Assembly (NCBI GenBank): GCA_963827275.1
Contig: CAWHAA010000001.1
Span: 192,001 to 256,000, forward strand
Source of the DNA: an uncultured Spirochaetota bacterium
GTDB lineage: Bacteria > Spirochaetota > UBA4802 > UBA5550
Direction: 5' to 3'
DNA: 64,000 nucleotides
Made by a program: the position numbers and the translations under genes. The notes beneath the pieces were generated by a model, which was not told the DNA's origin, made no database searches, and saw only the letters and a program-made list of their open reading frames with translations. The number at the start of each line of letters is the position of its first letter. Position 1 is the stretch's first letter. Of the stretch, positions 40,377 through 51,191 are shown piece after piece.

Positions 40377-42850
40377 CTAATGCCGCACGACCACTTTCAT
40401 CTTCTTGTCAAGCACGGTCCTATTGCCGAAGGTGACCGCTTTTATATGGATGTAATAGAGCCCCGGACCGGCGCGGTTATTGTTCTTGTTCCTGCCGCAC
40501 CACCCCAGGTCCTTGATGTTCTGCCCCCCCGGGCGATAGAGGTTTTCGCACAACGTCGCGATTATCCTTCCCTTGACGTCATAGACCCGTATCGTCACCA
40601 GCGAATCGACGGCCAGGAAAAACGCTGGGTAGCAGCAGGGCATCTGCGCGGTGAGCACGTTGTTCAGTATCCGGGTGGGAAAGGGGATAAAGAGGACCGG
40701 CTGGGCGACACGAAAGCGCCATTCGTCGGCGGTCCAGCTGCCGGGCGGGGCCGTATCGGGCGTATGGTCATAATAATTAGGCACCCCTCCCACGACTCGA
40801 ATCCACGATGAATCTGATATTTGTTTCCAACGGCCATCAGGGGGTGTTCGCTCGGTATCAGGGCCTCATAGGTATTGGCGGTGACCTTTGTGCAGGGGAT
40901 TGTCCATCGTGATACGCCGTCCACCAGGTGCCCGGGGGCCACATTATCCACGATGTCATCAACCGTGCCTGTCCCAAATTGCCCCGGCAGATCCGAGTCA
41001 TTGTTCGCGATCACGATATTCACCTGTTCAGGCGCGGTCCCTGCGGTGACCAGATACACGGTCACCTTGATCGCCGTTTTCCGCACGATATGGGATAGCG
41101 GATTTGTGGGTGGAGGATCGACCGTGGGAACGCCGAACGAATTGTTGTTAAATATCGATATGCCGTCGGTCACCGTCGCTTCAACCGTAAGCGCCGAAGT
41201 CGTTACGTTTCCGCTGATCTGGCTGGCCAGAGGCACCTCGTTGCCGAAGACGTCGATGGCCGACACCCGATAGTCGTATGGGGTCAGCGGTTCCAGGGGA
41301 TTTGCCACACCCCCCACGTCAAAAGCAATAGTACCGGCGCCAATCACGCCAAGGGCCGGGGTATTCGATCCGTCGAGCATCAGCCAGGCGGTATCGGCCT
41401 GCCTTTTAAAATAGACCCGGTAGGAATAAAAATCAGCGTCATAGGGCGCTGCAGCCGCAGCAGACAGCGCCGTCCACTGGAGCCTGAAACTGGTGGCGGT
41501 CGATGTGGGTACCGCGGCCTCGGCGGTAAACGGGGTACTGCCGTAGCCAGGCCAGTGTCCATTTTCCCATCGGCACGCATAACCGGACGAATTAAGTATT
41601 CTTCCGGGGACATTCTGCCCGTTGGCTGTGATGATATTCCCATAGGCGCCGCCCGAAACAGACTGGACGGTATACGAAACGTCGGTATTATTCCCGGCCG
41701 GCACCTGCGCGGCGGTCGGCGTGGGGCCGAGCAGCACCGTGCCGGTTGTCGCGCCGTTGGCCATCTGCAGGGTATAGCTGTTTCCGAGGCCGTCCTGAAT
41801 CACGAAGGTTACCGTCCCCGCCATGGCAGAGCCGGAATTCTGCATTCTGGCGCTGAGCCGCATCTCGGTGCCGGCGACGTTTACGCTGCGCACATTATAA
41901 AGCTGCGGCGGGCTGTTGACGCCCCCTCCGTTCACGAAGGTGAGGCCGCCGGCATCCACCTGTATCCTGTCGGAAATAATATTGAGTGTCCCGCCAGCGG
42001 TCACGCTTGTGCTTCCCGCGGTAGGTGTATTCATTATCGCGCGGACGCTCCACGTGTGCGTGCCGAGGCCAAGCGACGAAAAATAGGGGGTCGGCAGACC
42101 CGGAATGGTAAAGATAAAATTACTATTCGTGCCGGAGTTCACCACGCCGGAGTTTACCGCAGCGGCGGGAAGAAGCTGCCGCCAGAGCTGCACGCTGCTG
42201 ATTTCACCCGGGTCCACCTGCTCCACGGGCGTGGATAGTATCTCACCGGGATAATAATAGACGACACGCCCGGTAAGATTGAAGCCATCATGCCAGGGAT
42301 TGACCATGCCGTCGGCGGCATCGCTGTCCTGGATCAAATTCAGCGCCTGTATCTGCGTAATAATGCCGAAGCTGAAATTTCGCGTGCTTGTGCCAGTAGT
42401 CGCTCCATTGTTCGCGGTCACCGTGGCAACGATGCTGTTGGCACCCGCCGCCACGGCGGTCGTGTTCCAGTGGAACCTCACGACCACGGTGTAGTCAATA
42501 TTGGTGTAGGTGCCCCCGGAATTATCCGTAACGGTGTCAACGGTGAGATTGGTGCCGCCGTAGCCGCCGCCGGGCAGGTCAACGTAAAAGCTGCTGCCGC
42601 CGGGGAACACGACGTTTATGGTATGAGGCGGGGGTGTTGCCGCGCTCTGCCAGTAGGCCGCGCCGGTCGCAAGCGGGTCAGTTGACTGGATACGGAACGT
42701 ATACGGAACCCCGGCACAGTAATAGGCCCTGCCGTTGGACAGGGTCGTGGGCGACGCCGGGGTCAGGGTGGTCGAGGTTATGGCAGCTTCCGCGATGGAC
42801 GCGAAACATGATAGGCAAAAAACAATGCCGAAATATATGAATTTTTTCAT
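40377..42850 (-). CDS. Large secreted beta-rich protein with FN3-like and C-terminal FlgD-Ig-like domains, split by two +1 frameshifts near 40790-40825
   Basis: Signal peptide MKKFIYFGIVFCLSCFASIAEA; FN3-like LQWT...YRVY...LEPLTPYDYRVSAIDVFGNE. Corrected junction VGTNIRFIVDSSRGGVPNYYDH leads to VTIRVYDVKGR...WCGRN...GPGLYYIHI. Confidence 0.7.
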
Positions 42851-42950
42851 GGAATTATAACATTGACTGTCAGGATAGCCCATATAGCAAGATATAATGT
42901 AAAATCATTTGACAAATGACAATAATTTTTTTATTATTTATTGAAATAGT

Positions 42951-45900
42951 GTGATTGTCTTGATAAAATTCAGCAACATTTACATCGCTGCAAAACGGCG
43001 TCTTCCCGCGATATCGGCATGTCTCGTGGCGTTGCTGCTGATTACGCTCCCGTCGTGCAAGGAGGCGGCCCGGGTCTTTTCCTCTGACGTGATTTCGTCT
43101 GTCACATCCAACCCCCCGGGATACTTTTTTCCGGAAGCCACGGCAATAATCCCGGCAGGCGGCGCCATCCCCGTAAACACGAGCGCAGTTATCACGTTCA
43201 ATCTTCCCATCAACCTGCCGAACCCGTGCAACAGTATCACCATTACATCGAATCTACCGGTACCCGCCACGCTCGCGGAGGGCGCGGATTACACCCTTGC
43301 CCTCGGCGGGGGGAGCAAGGTGGTCACCATTACCTTCAGCGGGGCCTTCAATCCAATCCCCAACGGCGCCACGATTACCATAACTGTAATCCCCAATATT
43401 GTTGCCGCATCGGGAGGCATCACCGACGATCCCAACGGCATTACGGTACAATCGACACTGTCAGGAAGCTTCACCGTCGGCACCGCCTGGGACTCCACCG
43501 CTCCGGATATTGTGCCTGGCACAAACTATCCCACGACACCGCCGGTCACGGTATATCTTACCGATGCGACAAGGATGGCCCAGGCGACGCCGCAGGAAAT
43601 CCACGTGCAGTTCAATGAAAATATCGACCCGACAAGCATTACTACTTCGACGGTCTATCTGACACAGCCCGGGCCGGTGAACGTGCCGGCCACGATCAGC
43701 TACATTGCGGCAACGCGGTATGCCATACTGACGCCCGCGGTGAACCTTGACCCGTCCACGACCTATACCGTCCACCTCAGGGAGGATATCCGGGACCTCG
43801 CCGGAAACACCCTCGGGCCAGGTACGGGCGATTTTACAACCTGGACCTTTGCCACCACCGCATCGCTGGCGGAGCTTGACATCACGCCGGGCGTGGCGCC
43901 GGTCCTGAGCGACCTGCATGTGGATTCAGTCGGCACCGCGGACGGAACGATCAGCTGGATCACCAACGAGCCGTCGTACCACACGCTCCATTATGGCCGC
44001 AATTCAGCCGCCGGGAGCGCCGTCGGGCCAAGCGTCACCGCCTCGACGTTCGAAACAGAGGCCCTGCTGGCGCTTTCGACCAACGCGCGGTACTGGTTCA
44101 ATATCGATTTCACCGACATAGAAGGACTGGCCGGCACCAACACCGGCAATTACCAGTTCAATACCGAAAGCAGCGACGGCGCCGACTACATCGACATGGC
44201 CGCGGGGAACCAGAACAATCCCCGGACAATCCCCTATCATCCGACGGGCGGCGGGGCCACGGGATGCTACCTCTTCTGGAACGACAGCGACGTGCCGACC
44301 ACGTATACCCACATATACGGGCAGCTGTATGACAGCACCTTCACCCTTCCCGCCCTCTGGGGCGCGGCCCGGAAAGGAATCTTCACCGAGCCGGGCGAGG
44401 CCTACACGTATGCCTCCGCTGCGGAGGACGGCGCTGGCGGCGTGATCGTTTTGGCGCAAAGGACCAACGGCGGCCATATTTACGCGAAGCGCATAGCCAC
44501 AGGCGGCGGCTTCTACTGGGGGCACACGGCGGCGGGTACCGGTCTCGATGTACGGAGCGCCCCTACGGCCGCCCTGTCAAGCATGTCCGCGGTCCCGGTA
44601 TCCGGCACGCTGCAGACCATCAGGGCGTGGGGCACTATGACCAGAGACATCCCTGCCAATCCCGTGTATGATTTTACCGCAACGATTGACTTCATGACCC
44701 CGATACAGAGCGGGGCCGATTTCATTCTCGGGACCACCGGCCCGAACAATGGGACAACCGTAATCGAATCTTCAAATTTCCGCCATGTCATCGGCCAGAA
44801 CACCCTGCGGGTTTCAGCCGGACAGCAATATATGATTGCCGACGCCTCGGTCGCCACCGCTTCCGAAAATGCGCAAGACCATGATGGAGATTTTACTTAT
44901 CCTCCCTATACATATACGAGCGGCGGCACCCATGCATACTCGACACATTCCTTCTCTCTCCCGGCATGGTTGGGAAACCTCGATAGCATCCGTAAAGACG
45001 GGACATGGGATTTCGGTTATTTATCAGGGGCACCGGTAGCGAGAAACTTCGGTTGGTTGGTACCCTGCTATCCTCATGGTGTATTTGAATATTCTGATTT
45101 TTATGATTTTACTGTCAACTGGAGCATAAACATAACATCCGCTGACACCTTCACTGTTTATAATTTACTGGCAAGCGGCACCGCGGAGGCCCCGCCGGCA
45201 CATCCCCTGTACGACGACAATGCCGACTACCTGGTCGTGCCGGCAGTGGCGGACGGCGACATCGTCGTAAATCTGACCAACACGACCGGTCCGCCGGACC
45301 CGTATCTGGCTGTCGTGGATGCCTCAACCTTCGCGGTCCGGACCCGGGCGCTTGACATGGATGCAGATATCATGGTTAATGATGACGAGTACGCGATCAT
45401 TCGCCTCACCTACCCGGGCAGCGGTACGACAAATATTATCGACACGGGAATAGCCGGCGCCAGCGCGGCCGCCCATCTCCAGGACCCGGCTAATTCATTC
45501 GCGGCTGTCCAGCCAGGCGACGTGGTCTATAATCTCATGAATGGCCTGTATGCCGTGGTCACGGCGAGAGCCGCCAACGACCTGACGCTTTCGCGCGACA
45601 TATCGTTCGCGTTGTGGGACCACTACGTGGTCATACGCCAGCGGGGGGTGCTCTTTACGTGGGAGGAAAACGGCAGCGTCTGGGGCCGCATTACGGGCGT
45701 CGACAACGGCGCCTCCCCCGGCCCGGAACCGGACGCGGTGCGGGCCCCCTGGGCGATCGATACGGGAACTCACCCCCACCTGGTCCCGGACGGCAACGGC
45801 AATGCCATACTGGTGTATGAATTCAGCGCCTGGAGCATCAATGCCGTGCTCCTGGACGGCTTTGGCACGATACTCAATACCGTCGATATCGATACGGCAA

Positions 45901-46586
45901 GCGGAGGGTTGGACGAAACCATTATAGACGTGAAGAGCGACGACGCCGGCGGCGTGGTGATACTCTATAAATTGAGCGATGGAACGCTCAGGGCCCAGAG
46001 AATTGACGGGCCCACCTGGACACGGCAGTGGAGTGACGGTGGGTACACTCTTCATGACGCGACCGTGACCACCGTGGACGAGGTCATGGCCTACGACCCG
46101 CTGGTCCCGAATGACATCAGCGTTGCCGCGACCGTTATAAGCGCCGGGAACTATGACATCTGGGCGCGCCGGATGGGAACGACCAGCTGGGGCCCCTTCA
46201 ACTATACCGGCACCAGCGCCGCGCGCCAGGAGAAGCCGCAGATCTACCTGGGCGCGACCACCACGATCATTTTGTGGGACGACTACCGCTTTTTCAACCA
46301 GAGCTACATCAATACCGGGTACGGGATCTTCGGCCTGAAGGTCAACACGGCGACAGGCACCGCGGCCTCTGCGGCGGCGCCCCTGTGGAGGGCAAACTCC
46401 GGCGGCACCGATGATTTTAACGGGGTCTCAGTCATCATGAACCACTTCAACGAGTACCCGGGCATCCCTCTCGTGGTGCCCTACAACAACGGCGCCGATT
46501 CCGTTCTTGTCTGGGCAGATTACCGGGAAGGCCCCGGCGCCGACCTCAAATACATAGACCTTGACGCATTTGTCCCGGCACCCTGA
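42951..46586 (+). CDS. Large surface lipoprotein with Big_5 Ig-like domains, FN3 and a propeller-like repeat region
   Basis: LLITLPSC lipobox; VQFNENIDPTSI...LTPAVNLDPSTTYTV...IRDLAGN...WTFAT (Big_5); repeated DGAGGVIV / DGNGNAIL / DDAGGVVI motifs. Confidence 0.75.
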   Translation: MIVLIKFSNIYIAAKRRLPAISACLVALLLITLPSCKEAARVFSSDVISSVTSNPPGYFFPEATAIIPAGGAIPVNTSAVITFNLPINLPNPCNSITITSNLPVPATLAEGADYTLALGGGSKVVTITFSGAFNPIPNGATITITVIPNIVAASGGITDDPNGITVQSTLSGSFTVGTAWDSTAPDIVPGTNYPTTPPVTVYLTDATRMAQATPQEIHVQFNENIDPTSITTSTVYLTQPGPVNVPATISYIAATRYAILTPAVNLDPSTTYTVHLREDIRDLAGNTLGPGTGDFTTWTFATTASLAELDITPGVAPVLSDLHVDSVGTADGTISWITNEPSYHTLHYGRNSAAGSAVGPSVTASTFETEALLALSTNARYWFNIDFTDIEGLAGTNTGNYQFNTESSDGADYIDMAAGNQNNPRTIPYHPTGGGATGCYLFWNDSDVPTTYTHIYGQLYDSTFTLPALWGAARKGIFTEPGEAYTYASAAEDGAGGVIVLAQRTNGGHIYAKRIATGGGFYWGHTAAGTGLDVRSAPTAALSSMSAVPVSGTLQTIRAWGTMTRDIPANPVYDFTATIDFMTPIQSGADFILGTTGPNNGTTVIESSNFRHVIGQNTLRVSAGQQYMIADASVATASENAQDHDGDFTYPPYTYTSGGTHAYSTHSFSLPAWLGNLDSIRKDGTWDFGYLSGAPVARNFGWLVPCYPHGVFEYSDFYDFTVNWSINITSADTFTVYNLLASGTAEAPPAHPLYDDNADYLVVPAVADGDIVVNLTNTTGPPDPYLAVVDASTFAVRTRALDMDADIMVNDDEYAIIRLTYPGSGTTNIIDTGIAGASAAAHLQDPANSFAAVQPGDVVYNLMNGLYAVVTARAANDLTLSRDISFALWDHYVVIRQRGVLFTWEENGSVWGRITGVDNGASPGPEPDAVRAPWAIDTGTHPHLVPDGNGNAILVYEFSAWSINAVLLDGFGTILNTVDIDTASGGLDETIIDVKSDDAGGVVILYKLSDGTLRAQRIDGPTWTRQWSDGGYTLHDATVTTVDEVMAYDPLVPNDISVAATVISAGNYDIWARRMGTTSWGPFNYTGTSAARQEKPQIYLGATTTIILWDDYRFFNQSYINTGYGIFGLKVNTATGTAASAAAPLWRANSGGTDDFNGVSVIMNHFNEYPGIPLVVPYNNGADSVLVWADYREGPGADLKYIDLDAFVPAP

Positions 46587-46587
46587 C

Positions 46588-47589
46588 CTACAGCCACTCC
46601 ACCTTCACCTGCTCGAGCAGTGAGACCCTCCCCTGCAGGCGTTTCGATATGTAGAGGTTGAGGTTTTTGTCTGCGAGGATAACGTCGATCTCGGCATGGC
46701 GCTGCAGGAACACGCGCGCCGTGTCCAGGCCCATGACGAACAGCGCGGTCGCATACGCGTCCGAGAGAACGGCGTTTTTCGACAGCACCGAAACAGAAGA
46801 AAAAGTGTCCGCGGGGAACCCCGTGCGCGGGTCGATGATGTGATGGTAGCGGACGCCGTTGCGCATGATGAAGCGCTCATAATCGCCGCTGGTCGCGATC
46901 GCGTCCATGTCTTCCAGGCTGATGGTGGCAAGGAGGGCGTCCTTCCGCGGGTGCCTGAGGCCCGTTATCCAGGGACGCCCGAACTTCGACCCGATGACCT
47001 GGAGATCGCCGCCCGCCTCTACAATTCCGTGCCGGACTCCCTTCGCTTTCAGGGTGACGATCCCCCGCTCCACCGCGTAGCCCTTGGCGATCGCCCCCAG
47101 GCCGATCTTCATCCCCGGCCGGGCGAACCCGATCCCCTTTTCGGCAGGATAAAACCTGATGTTTTTCGAATCGACAAGCGGCATAAGGGCCGCTACCGCA
47201 GAACGCGACGGCGGCGCAAAAGCCTTGTTTTTATAGTCCCAGAGATGTTCAAGGGCCGCGAAGGTGACATCGAAGCAGCGTCCCGTTTCATCCGAGATAC
47301 CGGCTGATTTTTTTACCAGGCCATAGGTCTCGGCACTCACGGTAACGGGAGCGCTCCCGCCCCCGCGGTTGAGCCGGTCGATATCGCTCCCGGGGCGCCG
47401 CGGGCTCATGAGCGACTCCACCCGCTCGATTTCATCGAACACGGACTGCGCGGTCGCGGGCGCTGCGGCCGTATCGCCGATAAAGGTGACGTTCACTATT
47501 GTCCCGAGCTGGGGCCTGCCGATCCGGTTCAGGTTGCCGTCGCAGGAGACGAGGAATAGGGTCAGGATAAGCAACAGGGCGTGTTTCAC
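46588..47589 (-). CDS. apbE: FAD:protein FMN transferase (ApbE) lipoprotein
   Basis: GTG start after GAGGAG; FLVSC lipobox; LGAIAKGY, GGDL, ATSGDYER, HHIIDPRTG, DAYATA. Confidence 0.92.
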   Translation of the reverse strand: MKHALLLILTLFLVSCDGNLNRIGRPQLGTIVNVTFIGDTAAAPATAQSVFDEIERVESLMSPRRPGSDIDRLNRGGGSAPVTVSAETYGLVKKSAGISDETGRCFDVTFAALEHLWDYKNKAFAPPSRSAVAALMPLVDSKNIRFYPAEKGIGFARPGMKIGLGAIAKGYAVERGIVTLKAKGVRHGIVEAGGDLQVIGSKFGRPWITGLRHPRKDALLATISLEDMDAIATSGDYERFIMRNGVRYHHIIDPRTGFPADTFSSVSVLSKNAVLSDAYATALFVMGLDTARVFLQRHAEIDVILADKNLNLYISKRLQGRVSLLEQVKVEWL

Positions 47590-47695
47590 CGGGACGCTCC
47601 TCTTCGAAAAATAACAGCGCATGCGGGATGATATGAAAACGGACCGTAAATTTTCAAGGAATAAATCAGCGCGTACGCCTGTGCCGTCACCCGCG

Positions 47696-49231
47696 TCATT
47701 CCGCCCTTCGCCCCTCGAGGTCAAACGCGATCGTGAAGGTCGAACCGTGCGAGCGGTCGAGCACCACCGTCCCGTGGAGCTGCTGTGCGAGGATCGGGAC
47801 AAGCGAGAGGCCCAGCGACTCGGTCTTTCCCATCTCGACCCCCGCCGGGACCCCGACGCCGTTATCGCCAACCACCAGCTCGGCGGCATTCCCCTCGCGG
47901 CAGCGGAACAGGATTGAAATTTCCGGCGACGCGCAGCTGCCGTCGGGGAACGCGTATTTAATCGCATTGGTCAGGAGCTCGTTGACGATGAGGCCGCAGG
48001 GGACCGCCTGGTCTATCGAGACATGGATGTCCTCGATGTCGATGCGGATCCGTATCGGTGCCGCGAAGGAGGACCCCGACATGACCTCGTCCGCGAGATG
48101 GGTGATGTACGACTTGAAATTGATGCGGGCGAAATCATCCGACCGGTACAGCTTTTCGTGCACCAGGGCCATCGACCTGATACGGTGCTGCGCCTCCCCG
48201 AATTGCCTCACGAGCGCGTCATCGTTCTGGTACCTGGCCTGGAGGCCCAGGAGGCTGGTAATGATCTGCAGGTTGTTCTTCACCCGGTGATGTATCTCTT
48301 TCAGGAGCGTCTCCTTTTCCACGAGAGAGGCCTTTATCCGCTGCTCGGCCTTCTTCCGTTCAGAGATGTCCTTCACCGCGCCGATAATGGCGGTGACGGC
48401 GCGGGTCCCGGGGTCCAGGATCGGCCGCACCAGGATCTGGATCCACCTGATGGCGCCGCCCTTCACAAAGGAACGGCACTCAAGCTCGCCGGGCGCCCCG
48501 GTTGCCATGACGTTTTTCTGGAATGCGATGAAGGCTTCCCGGTCATCAGGATGTATGATGCCGGCCCATAACTCGGAGGACGAGATCTCATCAGCGGTGC
48601 GCCCCGTCAGGGCAACGATGTTCTCGGACACATAGACCAGCGTCATTGAGCCGTCTTCGTTTATTTTCACTTTAAAAACATAATCGGTTGACATCTCCGT
48701 TACGAGGCGGTACCGCTCCTCGCTTTCTTTCAGGGCCACCTCTGATGTTTTCTGTTCCGTGATGTCTTTAGGCATGAGCAAAAATCCGCACCGGTCAGCT
48801 GCCGCATCCCGCAGCGAGGTTATAATAACCTCGGCGGGGAACCTTGACCCGTCTTTGCGAATAATGTTATGTTCCACCCGGGTATAATCTGTTTCTTGGA
48901 ACCTACCTTCATCGGCTTCAGTGTCGGCCCTCTCTTCCGGAACGATTAAATCAGTTCCTTTCTTACCGATAATATCAACCAGGCTTTCGTACCCGTGAAA
49001 ATTTGCGAAACGTTCGTTCGCCAGGTATATTTTCCCATTCCGGTCAATAATGGCCGCTGCAACAGGCATGATATCAATCATGGAGCGGTAGACTTCGAGC
49101 GGATCAGGACCGTCACCCGCGCGCCGGCCCCAGGCAGGGCGTTCATACTCGCCTGATGGCCCGGTATCTGTGCAATTATGTTCTCTGTTTTTTTTCAATT
49201 CACCGCATCCAGCCAAGGTCGCTGTAAGCAC
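47696..49231 (-). CDS. Two-PAS sensor histidine kinase (HisKA_2/HWE type)
   Basis: Two PAS-PAC units, KEIHHRVKNNLQ, NELLTNAIKYAF, DNGVG, SLGL. Start uncertain. Confidence 0.88.
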   Translation of the reverse strand: MLTATLAGCGELKKNREHNCTDTGPSGEYERPAWGRRAGDGPDPLEVYRSMIDIMPVAAAIIDRNGKIYLANERFANFHGYESLVDIIGKKGTDLIVPEERADTEADEGRFQETDYTRVEHNIIRKDGSRFPAEVIITSLRDAAADRCGFLLMPKDITEQKTSEVALKESEERYRLVTEMSTDYVFKVKINEDGSMTLVYVSENIVALTGRTADEISSSELWAGIIHPDDREAFIAFQKNVMATGAPGELECRSFVKGGAIRWIQILVRPILDPGTRAVTAIIGAVKDISERKKAEQRIKASLVEKETLLKEIHHRVKNNLQIITSLLGLQARYQNDDALVRQFGEAQHRIRSMALVHEKLYRSDDFARINFKSYITHLADEVMSGSSFAAPIRIRIDIEDIHVSIDQAVPCGLIVNELLTNAIKYAFPDGSCASPEISILFRCREGNAAELVVGDNGVGVPAGVEMGKTESLGLSLVPILAQQLHGTVVLDRSHGSTFTIAFDLEGRRAE

Positions 49232-49442
49232 CCGGATACTCCGGCCCGCCGCGTATGGCGGTCGCCAGCTCTTCCGGTTATAATACCTCTATCGATCCAG
49301 ATTTTCGATATGTCAATGCCTTTATCGTATGTCATGACGATGCTTATTTTAATAGAAGTATAATACAATATCAATATAATCAATAAATATCATATATTTT
49401 ATATTATATGATTATATTTATATTTTTGTTTGTAATTAGCTG

Positions 49443-49502
49443 TTACCGATAACTATCGGCCACATGTTGCTCTGACACCGGTTTTTTACCGATAACTATC
49501 GG
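49443..49502 (+). repeat. Paired-palindrome cassette, copy 2 (upstream of the thiolase operon)
   Basis: TTACCGATAACTATCGG-9 nt-GCTCTGACACCGG-4 nt-TTACCGATAACTATCGG. Confidence 0.85.
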
Positions 49503-49677
49503 TAGTATCCATACAGGACCATGCATTAATCATTATACTCCATGAAGATCGATTATTAATTCTTAATTATGTGAAAGACCCCGAGTCTATTATAGTCTAT
49601 ATTTCCCCCATCATCCATATCAGGATGATAAAATTCTGCTGCATCGAAAAAGAAATTATTCATCATTGGAGAGTATT

Positions 49678-51081
49678 ATGAGAGATGTATACGTAATAGG
49701 CGCCCACACGATCAAGTTCGGCAAATACCTTGATAAAAGCATCAAAGACCTTGCGGCAATGACCATTCATCCGTGCCTGAAAGAAGCGACCCTTGACAAA
49801 AAGGATATTCAGGCTCTCTGCTTTTCCAATTCAGGCTGGGGTTACGCCAGGGGCCAGGAATGCATCAAGGCACAGGTCGCCCTCAGGCCCATAGGGATAG
49901 AAGGGATACCGATGACAAACGTGGAAAACGCCTGCGCAGGGGGTTCCACCGCGTTTCATCACGCATGGTACGGCGTTGCCGGCGGCCTGTACGATATCAC
50001 GATGGCGGTGGGCGCTGAAAAGATCAATGACCCCAACAAGCTGAAAGTGTTCGCCGGCTTCCTCACCGGCCTCGACGTAGAGAACCTGAAGACAAACATT
50101 GCCGCTATCTCGGCGTACGGCATGTCGGATGAAGATATTAGGATAATGCGGGAGACCGTAAAAAAATACGCCGCCCAGGCGTCAGGCACGAATAAAAAGA
50201 AGAAAAAACCGACACTGAAAGACAAGCTCAAAGAATATTCCGACATGATAAAAGTCTACATCCATCTCAACGATCTCCTCGGGCCGGAGACGGTCAAGGA
50301 ACTGCGGAAACTCATGGGGGGCGACCATTCGCCCTTCATGGACGTGTACGCGTTCGTGGCGCGCCAGCACATGAAAAAATACGGCAGCACGTTCGAGCAG
50401 CTCGCCATGATCGCCTCCAAAAATCATTTTCACTCGTCACTGAACCCGAATGCGCAGTACAACTTTACGGTAACCCCCGAGCAGGTGCTGGCCGACCGCA
50501 TGGTCACCTGGCCGTTCACCCGCGGCCATGTGCGCGCCGATCGGCGACGGCGCCGCCTCGGCGATTCTCTGCGACGGCGAAACGGTGAAGAGGCTCGGCC
50601 TCATGTCGCAGGCGGTGAAGGTGCGGGCATCGGTGCTCGGATCAGGGCGCGAGCGCAGCTTTCGACGACATCGATATCGGCGAGCGGTTGAGCAAAATCG
50701 CGTACGAGACGTCGGGCCTCGGGCCGAAGGACGTGCATTTTGCCGAGGTGCATGACGCGACCGCGTACGGGGAGCTCCACCAGGCGGAGGCCCTCGGGCT
50801 TCTGCCCGGAAGGGGAAGGCGGCAGGCTCGCGGAGAGCGGCGCGACGAAGATCGGCGGGAAGATCCCGATCAACGTGAGCGGCGGCCTTGAATCGCGGGG
50901 GCACCCCATCGGCGCCTCGGGCCTCGCCCAGATCCACGAGCTGGTGACCCAGCTCCGCGGCAACGCGGGCAGCCGCCAGGTACAGGGCGCGACAATCGGC
51001 CTTGCGGAAAACGGCGGCGGCGCCCTGGGGCAGGAGGAGGCGGCCATGTGCATCCATATCCTTGAGGCCCCGGCACGGTAG
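49678..51081 (+). CDS. SCP-x-type thiolase family protein, split by three +1 frameshifts (~50524, ~50661, ~50797)
   Basis: [13 protein letters not shown]...[40 protein letters not shown] spread over consecutive frames. Confidence 0.85.
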
Positions 51082-51191
51082 GGAGGCGGCGAAGCCGGCC
51101 CCCGTTGCAAGGGGAGACACGGCCGCTGCGGATTTCGGAGCGGCACTCTCTCCGCCTTATTTCCCTGAAATTGCACAACAAGAGGTGATCC

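Noticed and set aside
46588..47967. 459-aa ApbE with long N-terminal extension
   Set aside because: The extension overlaps the histidine kinase in another frame; the RBS and lipobox support GTG 47589.
49443..49502. Paired repeats with a 9-nt variable segment as a mini-CRISPR or TIGR-like guide array
   Set aside because: Only two 17-nt repeats per locus, the intervening DNA is mostly conserved between loci, the second variable segment is 3-4 nt, and no cas or Nop-domain gene is in the window.
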